The notes under the pieces are model-generated. The model was not told the origin of the DNA. It saw only the letters and a list, made by a program, of their open reading frames with translations, and did no database searches. Positions 1-11,300 of a stretch of DNA of 64,000 nucleotides are shown here, piece after piece (position 1 is the first letter of the stretch; the number at the start of each line of letters is the position of its first letter). The position numbers and the translations under genes were made by a program. This DNA is from Cyanophora paradoxa CCMP329 (lineage: Eukaryota > Plantae > Glaucophyta): the NCBI GenBank assembly GCA_004431415.1, contig QPMI01000483.1, positions 248,001-312,000 on the forward strand, written 5' to 3'.

Positions 1-1351
1 CTGCTTCATGAAGTCGTACGAGCCATAGCCCACAGCAAACAGGTCGTTGTACTCCGTGTTCCAGCATATGGAGGTAACCTGCTTCTTCTTGATCTTCTCG
101 TTGTAGAACTTCCAGAGGGGCAGCAATGTGCCTGGAAGAACCTTCAGCATTTAAGGCACACGCAAGACCAACCTCAGAGCGTACCCTCCCCCTCACGGTA
201 CGCGTCAGACGCGTCCTCCCAGTACTTGTAGTCCTGAGCAATGTCGTCGTAGGCGTTCTGATTGACCATGCGCTCCACAATCTTCAGTGCCTTGCTCATG
301 GCCGCGCTGTGGATCGGGTCTGTACTCTTCTCCGGCTTATCGACTACCACTGTCTCCTTTGAATCTTTAGGCGTGTGCTCCGCGCCATCCTCTGCAGCCA
401 CTTGCTTTGCCTACAGCAAACAAAAAGGGTGAGCAGAAAAGAAATCAAAACGCACGGAGCGACGAACCTTCACACGCTCCTTTGCCTCCTTCTTCTCCTC
501 CTGATCATGAATATAAGAGTCAAAGATTTCCCACTGCGTGCACAGGCCCGTGAAGTTGACGCTCGGGGGTGGATCCGTCGCCGTCCAGCGGTCCTGTTCG
601 AGTGCTCAGCAGCGCCGTGGAAGCCGACCAAGCTACCGAACCTTCATTGGATTGTTGAAGGTTTGTGAGGCGCGCTCGCTGAAGTTGAACTGGTTGCGCA
701 GGACCTTGCCACCCGGGCCTTCATCAGCAAGCTCGGCATCCTCAGACTGGCCCAGCACTTCCTTCACATGCGCAGCCTCCAGCTGCTTCTCCGTCTCCGC
801 CATTTGGCGCTTCGCCTCGTCCGTCTCTTTGTGGATCATGTAGCTGCGCCGTCCCTCGGGCCACGACGGCAAAACCTGAGCGGCACCTCGCGCACCCGTC
901 GAACGCGAAGTGCACAGCCGTGTGCTCAATCTGAGGGTCGATCTTGAACGCCCGATCCTTCACATTGAACCGAATCACGTTCTGCGGTGCTTGCGGGTCG
1001 TCTGCTTTCAGCATCTTCGTGACCTCCTCGTTCAGCTCCTTTTCCGTCAGCTGTAGCTGATCGGTGGGCTTGATGTACTCTTTCGGCTGCGCTCCCAGTC
1101 AGCCTGGGCCGGGCCTGGGCAGCCAGGGCGCTGACCGGCTCCCAGTCATAGCTCTGTCCTTCCTGCTGTTGCTCCTGCTGAGGAACGGGCGCAGATGCAA
1201 CGGGCTTGTCATCGGCGTCCTTTCCGCCCTTGCCGCCCTTGCCCGCGCCCTTGCTCGTCGCCGCCTGCGCGGTATGAGCTACGGCGTCCCACGCACGCAC
1301 GGGGGAGTCCGGAAACGACAACAGCGCTGATCGGACCTTCTTCGGCGGCAT
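1..1351 (-). CDS. DNAI1: Axonemal outer-arm dynein intermediate chain 1 (IC78/DNAI1), 5' part; continues beyond position 1
   Basis: Spliced reading: MPPKK...[20 protein letters not shown]...[74 protein letters not shown], matching hallmark DNAI1 motifs. Six short GT-AG introns lie in the window. Confidence 0.93.
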
Positions 1352-1530
1352 CTTTCCGGCTGGTGGCTGCTGGCGGCAGCCGCAGAAGTCGGGCGCCGAA
1401 ACAGGATACCGGTGTACCCCGGCAACGCCCTGCCCGTATCCCCCGGCGGCGCCAGGCAGCTTCGCGAGGTCCGTCGCTCTGTGTGCAGGACTGCAGCACA
1501 GGGCATAGGGTAGCAGCGCGAGGCCTCAGC
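1352..1530. promoter_or_regulatory. Probable bidirectional promoter/5'UTRs between DNAI1 and eIF3b
   Basis: Divergent ATGs at 1351 (-) and 1531 (+) are separated by only 179 bp. Confidence 0.6.
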
Positions 1531-4289
1531 ATGGCGGACATCGATGAGCAGCAGCTGCTCGATGAGGTGCAGCCGGAGGCGGGCTTCGATTCCATCATTG
1601 TAGTGGTGCGCGGGCCGTCGAAAATCGTTGGCGCTCGGCTGCTTGGTTCTCACGCGGGGCGCCGCGCTCTGATCGCGACAGGATGGCCTGCCGGTCGTCG
1701 ACCAGGACAAGTACGAGAAGCTCGTGAATGTCGTTCGCAAGGCGAGCGCACGCCATCGCAAACGCAGCTGGCATTCCCTGAGTCGCGCGTCGTGCCGCGT
1801 CGAGCAGATCTTCAGCCAGATTGGCGCGATCCGCGAGAATGGCCTGTACATGCCCAAGGACGCCAAGGGCGCAACTAAGGGGTGCGCGAGGATGCGAGCG
1901 CTTTGCCTGCGCCAGCTGCCGCCAACTGCGTTGGCAGTTTCGCGTTCATCGAGTTCTCCACGCCGGAGGAGGCAAGCATGGCCGTGCAGCAGACGAATGG
2001 CTACAAGCTGGACAAGAACCACATCTTCAAGGTCAATAGCTACAACGACCTGAACAAGTTTCTGTCCGTGCCCGATGAGTACACGCCGCCCCAACAGAAG
2101 CCCTACGAGCCCCGGGTGTGCGGGCGCGCTTTCACTGAGTCGCGATCTTCCTCTGAATGCCCCTATGCTCTGCAGGACAACCTGCGGTTCTGGCTGTCCG
2201 ATGGCCGCGGGCGGGATCAGTTTGTCATTCGCTACGCGGACGAGTGCGAGATTTTCTGGAACGACCCCACGCAAAAGCTGGAGCAGGTTTACTCGCGCCG
2301 GGTATGCTTCTTCTTCGGTTTCTTTTCCGTTTCCACGGCCGCGACCGAGCGGCCCTCGCAGTTCTGGACGGAGAGCTACGTGTCCTGGTCCCCGCTTGGC
2401 ACGTATCTCGCGACCTTCCACAGGCAAGGAATCGTACTGTGGGGCGGCCCCAGCTGGGCGAAGCAGATGCGCTTCAACCACCCTGGAGTGAAGCTCATCG
2501 ACTTCTCGCCGAAGGAGAACTACCTTGTCACGTGGAACAACCAGGAGCGCGACGACCCGAAGGATCCGCAGTCCATCATCATTTGGGAAATCCGGACAGG
2601 GCGGAAGCTGCGCGGCTTCCTCGGCGTCAAGGAGGGGACGTCCCCGAGCTGGCCGGTCTTCAAGTGGAGCCACGACGACAAGTACTTCGCCCGCCTCGGC
2701 GAGGACGGTGAGCGCTCAGGATCGATGCGGCGCCTGGGAGCGCCGGGGCTGACGACAGCTGCAGGCATCGCTGTGTACGAGGCGCCGTCGATGAAACTCC
2801 TCGACAAGAAGCTGAAGATGGATGGTGCGCCTCTCCGATTTCCACTCTCCCCGTTCGCTGTCTGATCGTCCTCGCAGGCGCCCGCGACTTCTGCTGGTCG
2901 CCGTCGGACAACATAATGGCGGCGTGGCAGCCCGAGTTCCAGAACTCGCCCGCCCGCGTCACCCTCATCGAACTGCCCTCAAAGCAGGAAATTCGACAGA
3001 AGAACCTTTTCAACGTCACGGACGTGCGCGCGCGCCGCCTTGCGCGCTCTTCCGGCCGCACCGCTCACCCGTGCGTTTCCACAACAGATCAAGATGCACT
3101 GGCAGAGCGACGGCGACTACTTGTGCGTCAAGGTCGACCGGCACACAAAGACTAAGAAGTCAACGTACACCAACTTCGAGTTCTTCCGCATGCGCGACAA
3201 GGACATCCCCATCGAGGTCGGGCTGCCCGCCCTCGCCCGCAGCTACGTGCAACGGCTGAACTCTGTGCCGGCGCAGGTCCTCGAGATCAAGGAGAACATT
3301 GTTGCGTTTTCGTGGGAGCCGAAAGGGATGCGCTTCGCGCTCATTCACGGCGAGGGCGCGCGCGCCGATGTTAGCTTCTACACCATGGAGAATCCGAAGG
3401 GCGGCAAAGTCAGGCTCCTCAGTGCGTCCCTTTCTAGCTCCAGTTTCCTTTGCTGCGGGGCTCACTTTCTCACGCGCGCAGAGACCCTCGACAAGAAGCC
3501 GGCAAATCATCTTTTCTGGTCCCCGCAGGGCGGCTACATCTGCCTTGCCGGCCTCAAGGCCCTGAACGGCGTGCTCGAGTTCTTCAACGTAAACGAGATG
3601 GTGCGTGTGCCGCCCCCGCCTCGTCCTGCCGCCTGCTTCCCCGCCGTGAACCCGCCCGCAGGAAACGATGGCGACCGAGGAGCACTTCATGGCGACAGAT
3701 GTCGAGTGGGACCCGACGGGGCGCTACTGCTGCACGTTCGTCAGCCACTGGCGGCATCAGGCGAGCGGCCGTTCTTGCTGCGCGCGGTCGGAACCGCTCT
3801 AACCGTGGAGATCCGCACCCACAGATGGAGAACGGCTTCATCATTTGGGGCTTTAACGGCAAGACAGTGCACAAGATCATGAAGGACAAGTTCTATCAGC
3901 TTCTGTGGCGGCCGCGCCCGCCCTCGCTCCTTTCGGCCGAGCAGGAGAAGGTGCCATGATCTCGTTTTATCGCTCAAACCCTGTCTTCGCGACTGACGAC
4001 TCCCGTTCCGCAGCTCATCCGTAAGAACCTGCACGATTACAGCAAGCGGTACGCCGCGGAGGACGAGGACGTGCGGAAGACGCAGGCGACGGACATCGCC
4101 AAGTTCCGCGACACCCTGCGGGATTCGTGGGAGACGTACGCGCGCCAGAAGGCCGTCGAGCTGGCAGAGGAGCGTGAGCTCAGGAGGCAGATCCGTGGCG
4201 GGGCCCTCTCGGACGACGAGGGCGACTACGAGATCGTCGAGACGGTCGAGGAGATTGCTGACGTGACCGAGGAGATCCTGCTCGCGTAG
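1531..4289 (+). CDS. EIF3B: Eukaryotic translation initiation factor 3 subunit B (PRT1), 13 introns
   Basis: RRM (IIVVDGLPVV...[14 protein letters not shown]...[14 protein letters not shown]) followed by a beta-propeller ([63 protein letters not shown]). Stop TAG ends at 4289. Introns 1742-1807 and 3761-3824 are GC-AG. Confidence 0.96.
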
Positions 4290-4399
4290 ACTGCCTAGCG
4301 CTAGCGGCAGCCTCGCGTGCTGTCTCCCTAGCATCTACGTTCACTTCTTTGAATCGCGAGGGCAGCAGGATTTATGCTCGATCCTGTTCGAGCCTTCAA

Positions 4400-4895
4400 G
4401 TGCTGGAGATGCATTTGAAGGGCCCGGGGGATGCGCAGGGCATGCATATGCCGCAGCGCTTTACGTCCGTCAACGGAACTTGGAACCGGAATTAATGCTA
4501 ATGCAAACGACTTCGATAATATGAATCTAAGCGGGCGCCGGTCATATGCATCGCCGAATCGGCCGCGGATCGATCGCGAGTCGCCGCCGACGCCGCTCGC
4601 GCGAGCCTCGCGATCGGATCAGCCGGCGCCGCGCCGGAGACGGAACTTTAATTAACGCCGTGACGTTACCAAGTTACTTGGAACCGAAACGCGCGCTAAT
4701 GCAGCAGTCTGCCAGCAGATCTAGATGTAGACTCTGAGAAACCATATGCGCGCATCATGGCATGTAGTACGATGATTTGAAGCGGGCGCGAGGCTCGGAA
4801 ACGTCGCCGAGCTCGAGTCGATCGATATCGCGCCGGCGCCGGCGACGTCGACGCGTACGTCGACTGGTACCGTCCGACGGTCAGACGTCCGACTT
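4400..4895. repeat. Palindrome-saturated intergenic spacer
   Basis: Chains of overlapping perfect 6-14 bp palindromes, e.g. 4808-4889 CGAGCTCG/TCGATCGA/CGATATCG/CGCCGGCGCCGGCG/CGACGTCG/ACGCGT/CGTACG/GTCGAC/GGTACC. Also GCTCGCGCGAGC, TTAATTAA and ATGCGCGCAT. Confidence 0.85.
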
Positions 4896-5299
4896 GAAAT
4901 CAAATTTGAAGGGGGCGGGTCGTGGGGGGGTACAGATCCTTCGAAGAGACAACAAGTGCCAGCGTGGCTTGACTTAGGTGCATATCACAACTACGCCCGC
5001 TTCTTCGGGGACACCATCAGCGCTCTGCTTTTGCGCTTGAGCCTCCCTACAGTGCTCGCCTTTGCGGCTTCGGAGCACCATCAAAAGCGAAGCCGGCAGG
5101 CCGCAGTGATCAACAAGAGCTGAGCAGATAGCTCCAGCGTGCTTGGACAGAAGAGTCTGGGCCCCTTCGGAGTCAGCGAAGCCACGTACGAGGAGTGGTG
5201 TCTCGACTATAGCTCGACACGTCGGCCCAGGCCAGCTTTCGGCCGAGCTGCAGCGCAAGCGCATGGCATAGCGCTGTAGTGGAAGGAACTTTTTTCGCC

Positions 5300-5362
5300 A
5301 TGAGCCGGGCAGCTGTGCTCGCGGTCCTCCTTCTCATCGCTGTGGTGGGAGGGGCCGCGGCC
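5300..5362 (+). other. Signal peptide of the giant protein
   Basis: MSR, a hydrophobic core AAVLAVLLLIAVV, and a GAAA|Q cleavage-like site. Confidence 0.8.
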
Positions 5363-8300
5363 CAGCTGACCCCGGCAGCCGGTGAGCTGCTCTTGCGCTT
5401 TGTCTTTCCCATCGCTGACGATCGTGCACCGCGTCCCGTAGACTGCTGCTCCGGTAGCTGTCCGGCGGGAAAGTATTTCGCGAACTGTACAGCAGGAAGT
5501 GGAGGAGTATGTATAGATTGTCCGGCTGGAAGCTAGTGCGCTTCAATCGTTCTTTCTTGTTCCCTCTCGTTCGTTCTTGCTCCCGTCCGTGCATGACGCT
5601 CGATTCTATCCACGCAGTTGCCCAGTTGGCTCGACAACTTTCAAGCTCTGTCCGATTGGAACCTTTTTGAACACCACAGGACAGTCTGCATTGTCAGCAT
5701 GCGCGGTGAATTCACCTCTGCTCGCCTTCCCCCGTCTTGCTGCTCATTCGGAACCCGACAGGCGTGCCCAGCTGGCACTTACGCGACGGCCTCTGGCGCG
5801 ACGTCCTGCACGCCGTGCCCTGCAGGGTCTTTCTGCGCGGGCGCAACATCTTCGCCCGTCGTCTGCAATGCAGGTACGCCAGGTTCTCGCACGTATGCCC
5901 GCGTGCCGATCCTCGTTCTGCAGGGTATTACGCACAAGCCGGCAGCGGTGTTTGCACAGTATGCCCCACAGGCTCGTATAGCCTTGCGGGCTCCAGCTCG
6001 TGCACGAACTGCCCGGCTGGGCTGGTCCGCTTGTTCCCGCCTCGGCTTCTCGGCACCCTTTTGACGTCCTTTCACAGGCGTGTCCTCAACCGGATCAGGC
6101 ACCGATTGCGTGTGCACGGGGCACATTCAGCTTGGGATCCGCGTCGGACTGCACGCTCTGCCCTGCCGGTTTGCCTCGCTGTCCTGTGCTGCTCTCTGCC
6201 GTCGTGTTGAGGCGTGCTCGCAGGCTTTGCGTGCCCTTACACCTTCAATGCGACCATGATCTCCTGTGCGAACGGAACGTACTCCGTTCGCGGGCAGTCT
6301 GACTGCGCGATCTGCCCCGCTGGCTTCGAGTGTCCCAGCACGACCACTGCAATCCAGCGCGCATGCTCCGCCGGCACTTTTTCGACTGGCGGCCAGGTCA
6401 GTGTTGTGCCCTTGGTGGCGCTTCTCTCTTTTGACGCTTAAGTTTCTTTCCGCGCAGGGGGCTTGCACGTCGTGTCCGGCTGGTTACGCTTGCCCGCGCA
6501 CAGACGGGCTCGCCAACGCTCAGTGCCTTCTTGGATCTTTCTCGGAAGGGTGCGCTGTTCTTCCTGAACTTGCTGAGGTTTTTGCCTGACCAGGGGCTTC
6601 ACGTAGCGGCGCGACCATCTGTCAGACCTGCCCGGCGGGCTACGCGTGTCCCTCCACGAGTTCAGGACAGAAGATTGCGTGCAATCCGGGCACGTACTCT
6701 GTCGGCAACAGCTCTGTCTGCGTGAGCTGCCCACCCGGATTCTACTGCCCCGACACAACGAAGGCCATCGCCATCCCCTGCGCAACGGGCACCTTCTCGA
6801 TAGGCGGTCAGGCCGCTTGCACTCCATGCCCCGCCGGCCAGCGCTGCGATTCTGCTTTCAACGCCACCGGCGGTGTCTGCCCCGCCGGCACATACGCGCT
6901 CAGCGGCCAGGGCACTTGCGTTGCTTGTCCGGCGGGCTCGTATTGCCAGTCGTCATCGTGCGCGCTCCATCTTCCGTTACTCTGACGTCCGAAAGCTAAT
7001 TTACCCGCTTGTAACAGGACGGCGCCAGCGGCCTGCGCTGCTGGGTACTACAGCCTGGCCTCGGCGACCGCCTGCACGCCCTGTCCTGCCGGCTCGTACT
7101 GTGCCATCACCACTGCGGCTCCGGTCGCTTGTGTCGAGGGCAGCTACTGTCCGCCGATGAGGTCCGTTCTAGGCAGGGGCGCCTGCAATCGGCCGCGGAG
7201 CTCCTCTCACCGGAATTCGCGCGCAGCACGGCCCCCGTGAGCTGCCCGGTCGGCTTTTACAGCCTCAAGGGTTCCTCAAACTGCACGGCGTGCCCCGCTG
7301 GCTTCCAGTGCGCGAACCCGGCGGTGGCCCCCGTGGCGTGCCCGGCGGGCCAGTGGAGCCCTGGCGCGACGACCACGTGCTCGTCGTGCCAGCCCGGTTT
7401 CTACTGTACATCCGGATCCCCGTCCGCTACGCAGTACGCCTGCCCCACGGTAGGGCCGCCTCACTCTTCTTCCCCTTCGGCTCCTTGCGTTTAGGGCTGA
7501 GCGTCGATTCCAGGGCACGTTCTGTCTCGCGGGCTCGCCGTCTCCGTCCGCTTGCCCTCGGGGCTACGCCTGCGAAAGCACGTCGTCGGCACAGCTGACG
7601 ATTTGTCCGGCCGGCACGTTCTCGACAGGCAACCAGACGTCGTGCACCACTTGTCCAGCTGGCAGCGCGTGCCCGCTCCCCGACGGTTCCGCCAACGCGC
7701 TGTGCCCCCTCGGGACCTTCGCCCTTCCGTGCGGCACTTTTGGTGGCTTCGCACCTTTTTGATTCACTGAGCCCTGTCTCAGGGGTTCGACTGCGTGTCA
7801 GGCGTGCCCCGCAGGCTACGCCTGCCCGGACAGGACGAGCTCGGCGATGACGGCTTGCCAGGAGGGCTGGTACGCGAGCGCGAATCAGACCGTCTGCACA
7901 AAATGCCCGTCTGGCTTCGCCTGCCCCTACACTACAAGTGCGACGCAAAACCCGTGCTCCCCGGGGTCGTACTCTGCTGGTGGCCAGGTGCGACGAATTC
8001 TGTCTTCTCGTGCTCGCCTCCATTCCAACCGCCCGCAGGCCACCTGCACTCTCTGCCCCCCCGGCTCGTACTGCTCGTCGACCTCAGTGGCGGCCCCAGT
8101 TCTGTGTGCGGGCGGCTCGTATTCCCTTGGTGGGCAAACCGCTTGCACGCCGTGCCCTGCGGGCTACAGCTGCCTCGACGCACGGTTCGCTTTTTCGCCC
8201 ATTTTTTTAATTCGGAACGGCAAACCGACATACTTCCAGGAGCCCGCCCGTGAAGTGCGCTCCCGGTACATACAGCTTCTTTGCTGCGGCAGCAGGGAAC

Positions 8301-11300
8301 TGTTCCGTGTGTCCCGAGGGCTACGCTTGCCCAGACCCAGCGATTCAGCCGTCCATCTGTCCCGCTGGCACGTGGGCCCCCGCGGGCTCCACCGCCTGCC
8401 AGAAGTGCACACCTGGCTACACCTGCGCGTCCGCGGGATCCAGCACTGGCGCTCCCGGAACCGGCTCCTGCCCTCAGGGCAGCTACTGCCCCGAGGGCGC
8501 GACTGTGCCTGTTCCCTGCCCGGCCGGCACCTACGGCATCCGACCCGGCGCCACGAGCTTGGTGGACGGCTGCGGCACCTGCCCTCCACAAAAGTACTGC
8601 CCGCAAGGCACGGCGGATCCGTCGGCGTTTCCCTGCCCCCAGGGCTACTACTGCCCAGCGGCTACCACCTTCTCCACGCAGTACCCTTGCCCTGGCGGCA
8701 CGTACAACGATCAGGTGAACCGCACTTCTGACGCCGACTGTAAGCTTTGCCCGGCCGGCTCGTACTGCCCAACTGGTAGCGCGAACGCGAACAGCCTCTG
8801 TCCGGCTGGCTACTATTGCCCTGCTGGCACCGCCGATTACACTTCCCGTCCGTGTCCCGCTGGCACGTACAACTCGAACCCTCGCGCGACGGACAGCTCT
8901 GCGTGCCTTCTCTGCACACCTGGCCGGTACTGCCCGACCGCCAGCGTGCAGCCGACGCTTTGTCCAGCGGGAAGTTTCAACCCCGACGCTGGCGCGGGCT
9001 CGATCGTTAACTGCCGCGCCTGCTTTGCTGGCAAGGCCTGCCCAATCGCCGGCCTTGCCGCACCTCAGGTGGAGTGTGCGGTTGGCCACTACTGCCCGAC
9101 GGGTACCGTCACGTCAAACCAGTATCCATGTCTGCCCGGCACGTACACAGATCTTACGAATCTGACGAAGTCGGAGGACTGGTCCGCCTTTTCTCTATCG
9201 TCGTGTTCGCCTCCGTCGGCTCTGACGTGCCGGCCGCAGTTCGACTTGCCCTGAGCGACGGGCTTGTGACTGGGGCACTGGCGGGTCAGCGAATGTGCCC
9301 AAGCAATGCGCGCAGGGCCACTACTGTCCGGCGGGGACGGCGCTTCCGACTCAGTTCCCTTGCCTTCCCGGCACGTACACGAACCTGACGACCCTCGCCA
9401 CGCAAGACGAGTGCACGATTTGCGACGTCGGCACGTACTGCGTTGGCGGCCAGTCCAAGCCAACGGCTGCCTGCCCCATGGGCTACTATTGCCCCTTCGG
9501 CACGTCCCGCGCGGAGCAGTTCCCCTGCCCGAAGGGCACGTACAACGATGAGGTACTCTTTTCTTTACGCACTGCTGTTTCATGCTCGCGCCCTTACCTT
9601 GAGTATCGTGCAGCTTGGAGCGCAGCGTATCGATCAGTGCCAGCCGTGCCCAGCTGGCCGTTTCTGCCCTGAGGGAACGTCTTACCCAATTCCCTGCCCC
9701 TCTGGGAGCTACACCAGCGGGAACAGCACTGAGGCTGCTGCGACGACCAATTCGAGCACGTTCCCTCAGTGCACGACGTGCCCGGCCGGCAACTACTGCC
9801 CAACCGGCAGCCTTCTACCGGTCCCCTGCGGTCGCGGCATGTTCTCTGATGTTGGCGCGGGCTTCTGCTCAGTCTGCCAGGCCGGCCGCCACTGCTCCAG
9901 CAACACGACCTCCCTTCTGCAGATGCTCGAGAACGTCTGCGAGGCGGGCACGTACTGCCCGCCTGGCCAGGCCAAGGTTCCCGAGTTTACCAACGAACCT
10001 TGTTGGCGAGGATACTATTGCGATGCGGGGATACCGTACCCGACGAAGTGCCCGCCTGGAAGTTACAACCCCGTGCTCGGTGGCAACTCGTCGTCGGCCT
10101 GCCTCAGCTGTCCTCCTGGCTCCTATTGCCTCGAGGCGTCAGTCAACATCACTGGTCCTTGTGACCCTGGTTTCTTCTGTCCAGTCCGATCCTCGGGCCC
10201 GCAGCAAGTGCCCTGCCCCGGCCGCACGTACCGCAACCTGCCCGGTGCGGACAGCCAGGACGCCTGCGCCATCTGCCCCTCGGGGTACTACTGCCCAGTC
10301 GCGTCCTACAAGCCCCTCAACTGTACCGCCGGCTACTACTGCCCCGTCGGCACTGAAATCCCGGAGCCATGCCCCATCGGCACGTATGGCAATTCCACGG
10401 GCCTACGCGCGGTCGGTGACTGCACACTCTGCCCCGGCGGCTTCTACTGCGACGGTCTCGGCCAGACGTCGCCGCGCGCCCAATGCGGTGAGCGGTCAAC
10501 TCTCCCCGCGCTACGCCCTTCTCTGATGCGCGATTCGCACGCAGAGCCCGGTTACTACTGCACCCTAAGTGCGTACACTTCGGCGCCTCCGAATGGGCCG
10601 ACGGGTGGCATTTGCCCTGCCGGTTATTACTGTCCTGTTGGCACTACCAACCCGATTGCTTGGTGAGCTTTTGATTTATTCAATAGCTCGTTCTGTCCCT
10701 CACTGGCTCCACAGCAAACCTGGAACATACAACAATGTTACAGGCTGGAAGGCGGAGTGCCCAAGTTGCCCGCCGGGCAAGTACTGCCAAGGCTACAACA
10801 ACACATACCCGACGGGCGAATGTTTCGAGGGCTTTTACTGCACGGGCGGCGCAGAGTACGGCGACCAGTATGCAACTCAGCCCGGCTACTTTTCTTCGAA
10901 AGGTGCCTTCCAGCAGAACCCGTGCCAGCCTGGCACGTATCAGTACAACACGCGCATGAGCACGTGCTACACCTGCCCGCCGGGCTTCTACTGCCCCACG
11001 ACAGCGATGACGAACGCGACCAACTGCCCCAAAGGCGCTTACTGTACTGGTGGCACCGTCAACCCGCTTCTTTGCCCCCGCGGCACCGTCAACGATAAAG
11101 AGAGCGCTCAGAACTCATCCGCTTGCATTGACTGTCCGCCCGGCTCTTACTGCGCGACTGACGGTGCGCCACCTTTTTCATTCGTGTGCATTGCATTAAA
11201 TAGCAATCAAGTCTGATCGTTCTTCATCATTTTAAAGGTCTCGCGGCACCGACGGGACCTTGCGCGGCTGGGTACAAGTGTAAGCGGGAAGCAGCTGGCT

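Noticed and set aside
4808-4889. Cloning-vector polylinker contamination
   Set aside because: No vector backbone is adjacent, the sites overlap in a non-engineered way, and the same texture recurs in several other spacers.
4974-5264. 96-aa minus-strand ORF head-to-head with the giant gene
   Set aside because: No recognisable motif or intron support. It cannot be excluded as a small gene.
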